DNA from: Candidatus Latescibacterota bacterium
Lineage (GTDB): Bacteria; Latescibacterota; UBA2968; GCA-2709665
Direction: 5' to 3'
Assembly (NCBI GenBank): GCA_965219455.1
Contig: OZ244744.1
Location: 3,488,001-3,552,000 of the forward strand
Length of the DNA: 64,000 nt
Shown here: in pieces, positions 17,758 through 27,620 of the stretch
How positions within the stretch are numbered: the stretch's first letter is position 1
Layout: the number at the start of each line of letters is the position of its first letter
The notes under the pieces: generated by a model
What the model saw: the letters and a program-made list of their open reading frames with translations, nothing else
Told to the model about the DNA's origin: nothing
The model's database searches: none
Translations under genes and position numbers: made by a program

Positions 17758-18255
17758 CGAAAACTCCTCTGGCGTCGCATCGTCGAAATTGCCCTTAGCC
17801 ATCGACTACGTTGCCAAATAATAACATCTTACGGCCTTGAACCAATATACAACAGCCGCTGGTACATGTCAACGAACAGTGCCCGAGTTCAGACTTCGTA
17901 AGACACGCCGAAAGCGGCCGGAATCAAATATACACCTCGAATGTTGATGAATGAAAACAGTGTCTTGCGTCGATTCGACGGTGATTTCCAATCACGTCCA
18001 AATTTTGCTGAACCGGTATTAGCAAATTGGTGTCTTTACGCGTTGGAGCGTCGATCCCGGGACGCTCACCAGATTTCACGATTTTTAACATTTCTCGATC
18101 CTGACCCATAGTCAGGCAGTCAGAAAGGCGTTATCCGATAGGAAGGTAGAGCAATGCGTCCAAAATTACATGGGTCGACGATGTTGGCCCTGCTGATTCC
18201 AGTTTTTCTACCGGTCTGCGACGGTGCTGCCAGTCAGCGCGCGCGCATTCATTAG

Positions 18256-18410
18256 TACGAGGATCTGTCGCTTGAGACCTTGACGGCCAAGTCGGGCAAG
18301 AAAAAGGAGGAATGGCTTCGGGCCTTCTGGAAGAAACGGGATATGGTGCTGGTGTCGGCGGGTACAGCCCGGGAGGCTGCGCACGACCGGAGGGTGTGGT
18401 ATACCTGGCC
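18256..18410 (+). pseudogene. Remnant of a third GWxTD-family gene
   Basis: YEDLSL...WLRAFWKKRDMVLVSAGTAREAAHDRRVWY aligns with YKDISL...FWRQRDPTLVSGGAHRQAEHYRRIWY of the 12673 protein. Confidence 0.7.
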
Positions 18411-18438
18411 GTTTTCGTTTCCGTCCTCAGCCACAGGA

Positions 18439-18819
18439 TCAGGCGCGTCGAATCCTCGGCGCAATCTCCGAGCAGTACATCCTCCGCCTGCCCGCCCGAA
18501 TATCGAGGACCTCCGCCAGAGCCGCCTGCGCGGTTTGAACCACGTCCCCCATATCGAGTCCCCTGTGGCCGGTGGGGAATGCCTCCAGCTTTCGAATCCC
18601 CCGTGTCAACAGGTGTTCCGCGCCCGCGTAATTCTCGCACGTCAGATGATAATAGCCCACGGCCACCTGAATCATCCCCTGAAAAAAAGGTTTTTCAGGG
18701 CCCCTCACATCCATCCAGACGTCCTCCCACGTGTCGTGAGATGCATAAAAGTCGCCGGAATTGAACTCCCGGACGCCTCGTTCGAACCTCTCGGTAATAT
18801 CAGGTGTGGGTTCCACCAT
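18439..18819 (-). CDS. DUF309 family protein
   Basis: FNSGDFYASHDTWEDVW...QGMIQVAVGYYH. Confidence 0.88.
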   Translation of the reverse strand: MVEPTPDITERFERGVREFNSGDFYASHDTWEDVWMDVRGPEKPFFQGMIQVAVGYYHLTCENYAGAEHLLTRGIRKLEAFPTGHRGLDMGDVVQTAQAALAEVLDIRAGRRRMYCSEIAPRIRRA

Positions 18820-18909
18820 ACAGGCTTCCTATGGCTCCAGCGGTACGGTGAACCAATAATAATGGCGGGCTCCAAGTCATACAGAGCCCGCCTGTCGCAG
18901 TTTTCGACG

Positions 18910-19431
18910 CTAATCCTTCGATTTCAAGCCCTTGTAGACTTCCCTCCGTCTTATGTATCCATCGGTATTCTTCCTGAAGCGCGCGATCTCATCATCCGTC
19001 AGTTCCCGCCGTACCCTGGCTGGCACGCCCGCCGCCAGCGTCCGGGCCGGTATCTCCATGCCCTCCAACACAAGCGCACCGGCCGCCACGAGCGATTCCT
19101 CGCCGACCCGTGCGCGATTCAAAACCGTTGCGCCCATCCCGATGGTTGCCCCCCGAGCCACCTCACAACCGTGCAGAATCGCGTTGTGGCCAACTGTTAC
19201 GTAATCACCCACGGTGCAGGGGCACCCGGGATCGGTATGCAGGACCGCTCCGTCCTGGATATTGGACCCTATGCCGATCCGGATCGGTTCCTCGTCGCCT
19301 CGCAACACGGCATTGAACCAGACGCCCGCTTCGGCCGCGATCCACACCCTTCCAACAAGTATCGCACCTTCAGCCAGAAATGCCGAGTCGTCAATTGCCG
19401 GCGTTGCATCCTGATACTGCAAGATTCTCAA
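18910..19431 (-). CDS. Gamma carbonic anhydrase-like hexapeptide repeat protein
   Basis: VLRGD, SNIQDG-VLH, TVGHNAILHGC; TTG start after GGGAGG. Confidence 0.92.
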   Translation of the reverse strand: MRILQYQDATPAIDDSAFLAEGAILVGRVWIAAEAGVWFNAVLRGDEEPIRIGIGSNIQDGAVLHTDPGCPCTVGDYVTVGHNAILHGCEVARGATIGMGATVLNRARVGEESLVAAGALVLEGMEIPARTLAAGVPARVRRELTDDEIARFRKNTDGYIRRREVYKGLKSKD

Positions 19432-19538
19432 TATATCCTCCCGATATCGAGGCAATCGGCAATTGGCTTCCAGCCATCCACACTCAACGTCTTCGAGGAT
19501 ATCACGGGTGCAATGCGGGGCGGGATTGGAAAATCAGC

Positions 19539-20594
19539 CTATTCGCCCCCGAACTCACGTTTCCCCTCTTCCAGTTCGCCGTCGGATTTACGATCCCGTT
19601 TGTCGCTTACGGGACCCAGCACAAACTCACGTTTTCCAGGACCGCCTCGCGATCGGAACAGACCGGTGAGAAATCCGATTCCTCCCGATATCGATGCGAA
19701 CAGAATGGCTGTCTCTTTGACGGGAGAGTCCGACTGCCAGGCGGCAAGTGTACCCAGAATGGCGCCGGACACGGCGCCCCCTACGCCCATCCGGATAGCG
19801 GTGCCAAGCTTTGTCGAACGCTTCCCCCGAAGGAACAGGACACGTTCGATATCATCAACCGGAACCCGCCGGGCATCGATTCCGGATTGGACCAGTATGG
19901 TTCCGTCGTCGAATTCCGGCAACAATTGCCCCTGTATCCGCTCTCCGTCCTTCAAAACGACCCCGCCTGGAAGACGGCGCGTTATCCCGGCGCGCGTGCG
20001 TCGTTCTACGAAGGAAATTTCCCGATCGGTATACTTGGGATACTCCGCATCTTCGGGCAATTTGGATTCGAATCCAATCTTATATTCGCCCTTCCGGACC
20101 TCGTCGAAATGCTCGACGTATTCACGTAGCCGTCGGAGCGCATCCTCGTCCTTTACCGGCATCGTCCTGTCCGCGATCTCCGAGCCCGACCGGTACCGGA
20201 TCCTCACCATCACGCGCTCGCCAAGTTTCAGAAAAGTGGCTGTCTGGAGACCCGGAACAGCCACGTCTAAAAACCGCAGTGGAACCCTCTCGTTATAGAC
20301 GCTGCGCCCGTGGAAGAGAGAGTACCGGTTGCTCTCCTCCAGGTCGATTTCCGGTCCCACGAGTGGGCTGAGTACTACCAGCTTCCCTTTAATCTGTCTG
20401 ATGTCGACGATGGACCAGCCTTCGTCTTCCAGGGCTTCGATCGTCCGGGTGGTTTTGGGGCGTTCTTCGCCATTCTCTTCTACCGTCTCCGCCATTTCAC
20501 CGGTGGATTCCGCCGCCCACGTCTGACCCGCTCCAACCAGGCTGGCCCACAGCAGACAACAGGCGCAAAGCATAGCGATTGATTTTCGAAACAT
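19539..20594 (-). CDS. Hypothetical exported protein with C-terminal Gly-rich hydrophobic helices
   Basis: Signal peptide MFRKSIAMLCA...; VVLKDGERIQG; two C-terminal hydrophobic segments. Confidence 0.7.
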   Translation of the reverse strand: MFRKSIAMLCACCLLWASLVGAGQTWAAESTGEMAETVEENGEERPKTTRTIEALEDEGWSIVDIRQIKGKLVVLSPLVGPEIDLEESNRYSLFHGRSVYNERVPLRFLDVAVPGLQTATFLKLGERVMVRIRYRSGSEIADRTMPVKDEDALRRLREYVEHFDEVRKGEYKIGFESKLPEDAEYPKYTDREISFVERRTRAGITRRLPGGVVLKDGERIQGQLLPEFDDGTILVQSGIDARRVPVDDIERVLFLRGKRSTKLGTAIRMGVGGAVSGAILGTLAAWQSDSPVKETAILFASISGGIGFLTGLFRSRGGPGKREFVLGPVSDKRDRKSDGELEEGKREFGGE

Positions 20595-20786
20595 AACCTT
20601 CTCCCTGGATGTGAGGTGGTCTCCCGGCACGACTTCAATGTAAGGCGGATATTTCGGATGGTCACGCGCCCGAGCCGACCACGCAAACAAAAAAACGGGT
20701 CGTCGACCCGCGCACCCGACCTTAGTCGGCGCACAACACTGCCTCGTAAACGCCCCATCCGACCCAAAGTTCCGTCGCGGGCGTGG

Positions 20787-21422
20787 CTAATCCGGTTCGT
20801 GCTCTATATCCTCGATCTCAGCCGTAATGCCGTCCATGATGTAGGGTCGATACTTCTTAAACACCGCTCGACGCTTGAACCATCCACCATCCGGCATCGC
20901 CGTTCCCGCCACCCGTACGAATTGCATTAAATCGATGCTGTCTGAATCACATTTTCCGTAAAGCCATATTCCCAGCCGCCGCCGGACTTCTCGCTGCGAT
21001 TCCCGGGTTACCGGCATCGCTTTATCGAGTGCAAGCAAAACCTCCCGATCCGCAAGCACCGACGCGTCGCGCAGGTATTGCCGCGCAGGCCGCACGAGCC
21101 GTTCCGGATCGAAGACGGCCATGCCGGTTATAAAGTCGATGTCTCCTTCCGCAACCACGTCCATGAACAGCGTGCGCATACGGTTTTTTAACCCGCCATA
21201 GTCATGCAGCAGGCGATTAGACCTCGGGTTCACACCCACGCATAGCGTGCCCAGGCCATTGTACCGCCGGCACTCTGAAACGAAGTCGGCCTCGTTATCG
21301 AACAGCCCGATGCCGATGACATGGTCTCCGTCCATGGCTTTCAGTTGCGTGAGGCCAAGTTCCGGACTGTGTTGCAGGAGGTCGTGGTGTCGCCGTACGT
21401 CGCGCTCGCTGAAGGACTTCAA
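20787..21422 (-). CDS. Hypothetical protein resembling a degenerate RepB/AEP primase domain
   Basis: TTG start overlaps the argH stop; VGVNPR and D-IDLMQFVRVAGT motifs. Confidence 0.6.
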   Translation of the reverse strand: MKSFSERDVRRHHDLLQHSPELGLTQLKAMDGDHVIGIGLFDNEADFVSECRRYNGLGTLCVGVNPRSNRLLHDYGGLKNRMRTLFMDVVAEGDIDFITGMAVFDPERLVRPARQYLRDASVLADREVLLALDKAMPVTRESQREVRRRLGIWLYGKCDSDSIDLMQFVRVAGTAMPDGGWFKRRAVFKKYRPYIMDGITAEIEDIEHEPD

Positions 21423-22825
21423 CCTTCCGCTCCCCGTGATCTCCGGTTCAACGTCTGCCTCCCGGTGCGGATCTGGGCCAGCACGGCCTGGTAACCCGTC
21501 CCACCGTCCAGACCCCGCCGGTTGACACTGTCCTCGGCGCGAAGCGACTCCCCGACATCAGCCTCAATCAAATCGCACTCCGATCGGAGCGTCGGCAGGT
21601 CAGTTTCGTCCAGGCGCCGACCCTCCGACACGGCCTTCCGGACCAGTCTGCCCACGATCCTGTGAGTTTCCCGAAAGGGCAACCCTTTCCGCACCAGGTA
21701 ATCCGCCAGATCCGTCGCCACAACGGTGCCGTCGAGAGCTTCGCGCATTCGCCCGGTCAGGACCGTCATTGTCTCCCACGCGCCGGCAAACACCGCCAGC
21801 ACCTGATTGATCGTATCGACCGTATCAAAGAAGGCCTCTTTGTCCTCCTGAAGATCCTTCGAATAGGTGAGGGGCAATCCCTTCATCACCGTCAAAAGCG
21901 ACATCAGATTGCCGTACACCCGTCCTGTCTTTCCCCGGATAAGTTCCAGAGAATCCGGGTTCTTTTTCTGCGGCATCATGCTCGATCCCGTGCTGTACCC
22001 GTCGTCGAGTTCGACGAACTGAAACTCGGACGATGACCACACGATCAGATCCTCACAAAACCGGCTCAGGTGTCCCATCAGAATTGCCGCGGCGGACATA
22101 TACTCCAGCAGATAATCCCTGTCGCTCACCGCGTCGATGCTGTTTTCGGTGATCCGCGAGAAACCCAGCTCCGACGCCAGAAATTTCCGGTCGACCGGAT
22201 ACGCGCTGCCGGCGAATGCCCCCGACCCTAGCGGCATGGCATCCGCCCTATCGGAGCATGCCATGAATCGTCCCCGGTCCCGATCCAGCATCCAGAACAA
22301 TGCCATCGTATAGTGTGACAGGCGCACGGGCTGCGCCTGTTGCAGATGTGTATATCCCGGCATTAAAGCGTCGATGTGCCGATCCGCGAAGTCCACGAGA
22401 ACGGCCTGCAACCGGTCGATTCCGCCAACGGTATCCCGTGCCGCCTCCCGCAGGTACAGGCGCTCATCCAGCGCCACCTGATCGTTCCGGCTGCGCCCCG
22501 TATGCAGCTTGCCGCCCACCTCGCCCACAATCTGGATCAGCCGCGCCTCCACCGCCATATGTATGTCTTCCAGGTGTTCGCCCATCGAAAGGCGCCCTTC
22601 GGCAGCTTCCACTTCCACCCGGTCCAGCCCCTTAAGGACACAATCCAATTCCTGCGAGTTCAAGACGCCAATCTTCGCCAGCGCTTTCGCTTGCGCCCTG
22701 CTCCCGGCGATATCCACCCTGTAGAGCCGCCGGTCGAACCCGATGGACGCGTTGAATTGCTCCATGAGTCTGTCCGACGGCTTATCAAACCGCCCCGACC
22801 AGGGTTTTTCTACAGATCCTTTCAT
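21419..22825 (-). CDS. argH: Argininosuccinate lyase
   Basis: WSGRF, LHTGRSRNDQ, PGYTHLQ-AQP, GSSMMPQKKNPD. Confidence 0.98.
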   Translation of the reverse strand: MKGSVEKPWSGRFDKPSDRLMEQFNASIGFDRRLYRVDIAGSRAQAKALAKIGVLNSQELDCVLKGLDRVEVEAAEGRLSMGEHLEDIHMAVEARLIQIVGEVGGKLHTGRSRNDQVALDERLYLREAARDTVGGIDRLQAVLVDFADRHIDALMPGYTHLQQAQPVRLSHYTMALFWMLDRDRGRFMACSDRADAMPLGSGAFAGSAYPVDRKFLASELGFSRITENSIDAVSDRDYLLEYMSAAAILMGHLSRFCEDLIVWSSSEFQFVELDDGYSTGSSMMPQKKNPDSLELIRGKTGRVYGNLMSLLTVMKGLPLTYSKDLQEDKEAFFDTVDTINQVLAVFAGAWETMTVLTGRMREALDGTVVATDLADYLVRKGLPFRETHRIVGRLVRKAVSEGRRLDETDLPTLRSECDLIEADVGESLRAEDSVNRRGLDGGTGYQAVLAQIRTGRQTLNRRSRGAEG

Positions 22826-22861
22826 CGAAATCTCCGCAACAATAAACCGTCTCCGGATTTC

Positions 22862-24115
22862 TCAGTTACCCTGCCGCCCTTCATCCACCTGTCCCGAAGC
22901 ACTCAGGGCCCTGGCGCTGACACTCAGCACATTCAGAAACCCCTCCGAATCCCGATGGTCGTAATCGCCGATCGCTTCCATCGAGGACAATTCGGACGAA
23001 TACAGCGAATGCGCCACGGCCGAGGAGGATTGATAGGTAACCGTTCCCTTGTAGACCGACACCGTCACCGATCCCGCCGCCAACGTCCGCACCGGAGCCA
23101 GGGCGCCGCGCATCATCTGCGACGACAGGTCGAAATAGTACCCCTGATAAATCTGCTCTGCGAGTGCCAATGAAAGCGTATCGTAGAATCGCCGCGCCCG
23201 CCGGTCCAGCACCTGCTGCAACAGGAACTGATAGCAGGCTCCCAGCAAGGCGAGCCCCGGGCTTTCGTACACGCCGCGGGACTTGATCCCCACGAAACGG
23301 TTTTCGACCGTGTGGATCCCGATGCCCACTCCGTGACGCCCGGCAACCTCGTTGGCCGTGGCGATCGCGGACACGGCGTCCACGGGCTCCCCGTTCATGA
23401 GTACCGGAAGACCCGCCTCCAACGTCACGGAAAACGTCTCCGGGCGGTCGGGTCCGTTCCGCGGAAAAACGCCCATGCCGGGCTCGATAAAGTCTGCTGC
23501 CACGTCCAGATATTCGAGTTTGCCGGCCTCATGGGTCAGGCCCAAAAGATTCGCATCCGTCGAATACGGCTTATCCTGCGTGGCCGTAATCGGGAGTTTT
23601 CGTGCCTGGCAGTAGGCGATCATCTCCCGCCGTCCGCCGAAATGCTCCAGGAACGCGTCGTCGCGCCAGGGCGCGTAAACCTTAACGGCGGGCGAAAGCA
23701 TGTTGGCGACAAGCTGGAAACGCACCTGATCGTTTCCGCGGCCCGTGGCCCCATGCGCAAGCACGTCGATATCGCGCGGCTGCATCTCCTTAAGGATCCC
23801 CTGCGTGGTCACGTGGCGGGCAAGACCGGTGGTATTCCAGTACCCGCCCTCATATACGGCGTTGGCAAGAAGCATTGTGATCGCCTCCCCGGCCAGATCC
23901 GCCTTCAGGTCCAGGATAACCGATTCCACGGCCCCGCAGGCCAACATCCGCCGCCCGATATCCTCGATATCGTCCTCGTCCGGCTGCCCGATATCCGCAG
24001 TCATGCTCACCACCTCGACCCCCTGGTCGGCCAGCCAGCGCGCGACCGTGCAGCTGTCAAGCCCGCCGGAGGCCGCCAGCGCAATCCGCTTTCCCCGAAT
24101 ACCTTCCACCGTCAT
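22862..24115 (-). CDS. argG: Argininosuccinate synthase
   Basis: A-SGGLDS, HGATGRGNDQVRF, ENRFVGIKSRGVYESPG. Confidence 0.97.
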   Translation of the reverse strand: MTVEGIRGKRIALAASGGLDSCTVARWLADQGVEVVSMTADIGQPDEDDIEDIGRRMLACGAVESVILDLKADLAGEAITMLLANAVYEGGYWNTTGLARHVTTQGILKEMQPRDIDVLAHGATGRGNDQVRFQLVANMLSPAVKVYAPWRDDAFLEHFGGRREMIAYCQARKLPITATQDKPYSTDANLLGLTHEAGKLEYLDVAADFIEPGMGVFPRNGPDRPETFSVTLEAGLPVLMNGEPVDAVSAIATANEVAGRHGVGIGIHTVENRFVGIKSRGVYESPGLALLGACYQFLLQQVLDRRARRFYDTLSLALAEQIYQGYYFDLSSQMMRGALAPVRTLAAGSVTVSVYKGTVTYQSSSAVAHSLYSSELSSMEAIGDYDHRDSEGFLNVLSVSARALSASGQVDEGRQGN

Positions 24116-24145
24116 TACACACGCTCCTTTTCCATCGGCCGCCAG

Positions 24146-25345
24146 CTAGCCTTTCAAGATTTCGTCAAATACCTCCATGACGTGGTCGATATTCCCCGGC
24201 TCAATGACCAGAGGCGGCAGAAATCGCACCACATCGGGACCGGCGGTACACACCAGTATTTCCCGCTCCCGAAATGCGCCCATCACGTCCGCGGCCGGGA
24301 CGTCGGCCAATACGGCGCCGGCGATCAACCCCATGCCACGAACCTCCGTGATTTTCTCCGGATAACGATCTTTCAGCGCGTTCAGCCGGCACCTAAGATG
24401 GTCGCCCTTCGCCCTGACACCCGCGATAAATTCCGGTTCGGAGAGTTGCCCGAAGACCTCGATGCCAACGGCGCAGCAAACCGGGTGCGCGCCGAACGTG
24501 GCCGCGTGGTCACTCGGCTCCACGGCGTCGGCGACGGCCTGGCTCATCAATGTTGCGCCGATCGGCAGCCCGCCGGCCAGGGGTTTGGCCAGTGTCATGA
24601 TATCCGGCGTCACGCCGTAGTGCTCGTAACAAAACAGGGATCCGGTCCGGCAGAGTCCGGACTGGATCTCGTCGAACACCAGTAGCATCTTCATCTCATC
24701 GCACAACTGTCGCAGCCCTTCGAGGAACGATGGGTCTGCCGAATGAATACCGCCCTCGGCCTGGAGGGGCTCCAGAATCACCGCCACCGTCTCCGCGTCA
24801 ACCAGCCGCTCCACGGATTCGAGATCGTTGAAATCCGCGAACGAGATTCCGGGCAACATGGGTCCGAATCCCTTGTGGTACTTCGGCTGACCCGTGGTGG
24901 CAACCGACCCCATCGTGCGTCCGTGAAACGAGTTGTTCATCGCAATGAACTTGTACTTCGCGCGGTCCTCGAAATTCCTGTACCCCCACTTCCGCGAAAA
25001 TTTCAGCGCGGCTTCCCAGGACTCCGTTCCGCTATTGCAGAAGAATACGCGATCCGCGAATGAACGTTCACAAAGCATTCTCGCCAACTGAGGCGCGGGA
25101 ATCGTATGGTACAGGTTCGAGACGTGGATCAGCTTCCGCGCCTGCGCCGACATCGCGTCGCCAATGGTCGGGTTGTTGTATCCCAGTGCATTCACGGACA
25201 AGCCGCTCACGAAATCCAGATACTGTTTCCCGTCGGTGTCGAACAGATGTACCCCGTCTCCACGTTCCAGTACAAAGTCGGGCCGTGCATAGGTCTGCAG
25301 AATGTAGCTTTGCTCCAGATCGATTATCGCCTTCGTATCCATCAT
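24146..25345 (-). CDS. argD: Acetylornithine aminotransferase
   Basis: FHGRT, EPLQAEGG, DEIQSG, TLAKPLAGG; operon context. Confidence 0.93.
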   Translation of the reverse strand: MMDTKAIIDLEQSYILQTYARPDFVLERGDGVHLFDTDGKQYLDFVSGLSVNALGYNNPTIGDAMSAQARKLIHVSNLYHTIPAPQLARMLCERSFADRVFFCNSGTESWEAALKFSRKWGYRNFEDRAKYKFIAMNNSFHGRTMGSVATTGQPKYHKGFGPMLPGISFADFNDLESVERLVDAETVAVILEPLQAEGGIHSADPSFLEGLRQLCDEMKMLLVFDEIQSGLCRTGSLFCYEHYGVTPDIMTLAKPLAGGLPIGATLMSQAVADAVEPSDHAATFGAHPVCCAVGIEVFGQLSEPEFIAGVRAKGDHLRCRLNALKDRYPEKITEVRGMGLIAGAVLADVPAADVMGAFREREILVCTAGPDVVRFLPPLVIEPGNIDHVMEVFDEILKG

Positions 25346-25398
25346 CCACTCCCCGGTTGGTTGGGTTCCCTATAATCTACACAGTCCGCGTATCCGCT

Positions 25399-26274
25399 TC
25401 ATTGAACAATCTCGGTACCGATCCCCTCACGCGTGAAGACTTCGAGAAGCAGCGCGTGTGGAACTCGTCCGTCTATAATGTGGGTCTTATTCACGCCCCC
25501 TCTCACCGAACGCACACAAGCCTGAAGCTTCGGAATCATCCCTCCCTTTGCCGTACCGTCATGGATCAGGCTCTCCACGTCGTTTACGTGCAATGTTGAA
25601 ATCCTGGAATCCGGATCGGCGCTATCTCTCAAAATGCCATTTACGTCCGTCAAAAAAACCAGCTTCTCCGCCTGAAGCGTCCGCGCAATCTCCCCTGCGG
25701 CCGTATCCGCGTTCACGTTGTAACTCCTGCCATCGGCGCCCAGGCCGATTGGCGCGATCACCGGAATCGTCTCATTCTCGCACGCGCTTCGAACCGGTTC
25801 CGGGTCCACCCTGTGCACATCGCCCACAAACCCGATATCCTGCTTTCCGTCGGACGCCAACTGCGCATAGTGTTTACGGACGTGCATAACGCCGGCTTCC
25901 TTCGCCGACATCCCGAGTGCGCAACCGTCAAGTGCCTGGATTCCCTCGACAATCCGTCTGTTCACCACCCCGAACAGCGTGTCTTCGACCACATGCATCG
26001 ACGCCGCGTCCGTAACGCGCAATCCGTTTATCCACTTCGACTCCAACCCGGCGTCCTGCAGGCGTCTGCTGATTTCCTTGCCGCCGCCATGCACGACCAC
26101 CGGCCGCATACCCACCGTTTCCATGAAGACCAGATCCGCCAGAATCGTCTCCGACCCGCCGTCGTCCGGCTGTGTACTGCCCCCGTATTTCACAACGACG
26201 ATTTTGTCTCGAAACGAACGGATATAGGGAAACGCCTCTACCAGCGTCGCTGCTTTCTGGATGAATTGCTCCAT
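25399..26274 (-). CDS. argB: Acetylglutamate kinase
   Basis: VVKYGG, VHGGG, GLRVTD, NVNAD, GGMIPK. Confidence 0.97.
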   Translation of the reverse strand: MEQFIQKAATLVEAFPYIRSFRDKIVVVKYGGSTQPDDGGSETILADLVFMETVGMRPVVVHGGGKEISRRLQDAGLESKWINGLRVTDAASMHVVEDTLFGVVNRRIVEGIQALDGCALGMSAKEAGVMHVRKHYAQLASDGKQDIGFVGDVHRVDPEPVRSACENETIPVIAPIGLGADGRSYNVNADTAAGEIARTLQAEKLVFLTDVNGILRDSADPDSRISTLHVNDVESLIHDGTAKGGMIPKLQACVRSVRGGVNKTHIIDGRVPHALLLEVFTREGIGTEIVQ

Positions 26275-26339
26275 CGTACAATCCTTACATCAATTACCCG
26301 GCGCCAGAACCCGTATCCGGCAAGATACCGCGCGGTTAG

Positions 26340-26519
26340 CAGCCCGTTGAAAAAGTCCATCTGGGCTGCCTGCCTGTGCGTACGCACGCAGACAGGCGGC
26401 CGGCCCTTCTGGCCGAATTACTGCGTTGCGCTCCGTCCCCGAATCCCCCGATTCGACTCGGTCGTGCCTGTCTGCGTGCACCGCACAGGCAGGCGCCTTG
26501 TCTTCGGCCACAATGGCTC
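26340..26519. mobile_element. Truncated copy of the 14901 MITE carrying two ultra-short insertions
   Basis: Colinear with 14901-15025 except for inserts at 26370-26395 and 26468-26492. Confidence 0.85.
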
Positions 26520-27464
26520 AGTTCGTGCTGTAAACCCCGTCAATACCGTATAGTCTGGGCAGCCCGAACATCAGGTTCAAATTCTCGACCGCCTGGCTGG
26601 CTGCGCCCTTGCCCAGATTATCTTCCATTGAGCAGATGTAGGCAAACCCTTCGTCTACGCCCACCTTGATCGCCAATTTATGCGTACCGACGACGTCGCG
26701 CGTGCCCCACTGTCTGTCCGCCGAATCCTCCACGGGACAGACGAGGTCCTCGTCAGTGTACGCAGATGCGATCGCCTCGATCAATTGCCTGCTTGCCTCA
26801 GGCGGGGGAAACGCCTTTAATCTGTCGGCCAGTTCGATTCGTATATTGGCATTGATACCCGCGAATACCGACCGCAGGACAACAGGCGTGAAGTTCACCC
26901 GAAACCCGGAGTAAAACTCCATTTCCGGCACATGTTTGTGCCGCCGGCCGAAACTGTAGGTTACCTCGTCAGGTTCCTGTTGCACCTCCCTGCGGGCGCC
27001 CGAGTTTCCCGACGTGGCCACAACCGTTGCCTCCCCCTGCACCATTCCTTCCAATGGTTTCAGAGCCAGAATGACGCTGGTTGGATAACAGCCCGGATTG
27101 CCCACCAATCGCGCGCCGGCAATCCGGTCGGCGAACAGCGCAGGCATCCCGTAAACCGCCTCTTCAAGAAGCGCCGGCGCCCGGTGGTCCAACCGTAGCC
27201 GGCTTCGAACAGCCGTCTCGGCAACCGGAATGCACCGCTCATATCGATCACTCTCGCGCCCGCGTCCAACGCCTGCGGCGCGAATTGCATCGACTCCGGG
27301 TCTTTGGTAGCCAGAAAAACCAGTTCGCACTCGTCCAGGGCCCCCTGCCGACGCCTTGAATTCTGTCGGAAACCGATCTCCGCACGGTCGTGGTGTGCCA
27401 GTACCCGTTCTATCTCCTGGCCGACCATCCCCGTATCGCCGTAAATGCCAACTCTCAATACCAC
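26518..27464 (-). pseudogene. argC: N-acetyl-gamma-glutamyl-phosphate reductase, frameshifted near 27191
   Basis: N-half (VGIYGDTGMVG...VIDMSGAFRL) and C-half (AVYGMP...NPGCYPT...DNLGKGAASQA) lie in different frames. One extra T at GGT^TG restores YGLDH. Confidence 0.9.
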
Positions 27465-27620
27465 GCGGATCCTCCCGCAGATCCATGTACGCCATCTTGT
27501 GTCGTTGGTTCGGAAAACCGTGAGGGACGCCATTCCTCTCGCTTCGTTCCCCTTCTCGCCGACACAGTCGAGACGCGGCTTGCTGCATCGTTCGGCATGC
27601 GATTCACTCTCCGGATCCGA

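Noticed and set aside
18280-20298. 672-aa plus-strand ORF
   Set aside because: Antisense shadow of three recognisable minus-strand genes; only its first ~45 codons are meaningful (GWxTD remnant).
23312-24685. 457-aa plus-strand ORF (and similar long ORFs at 37637, 38873, 41738)
   Set aside because: Antisense to argG/argD, the lyase and the beta-CASP gene; typical high-GC shadow frames without motifs.
27191-27192. Programmed frameshift in argC
   Set aside because: No slippery heptamer or clear stimulatory structure; I know of no precedent for argC.
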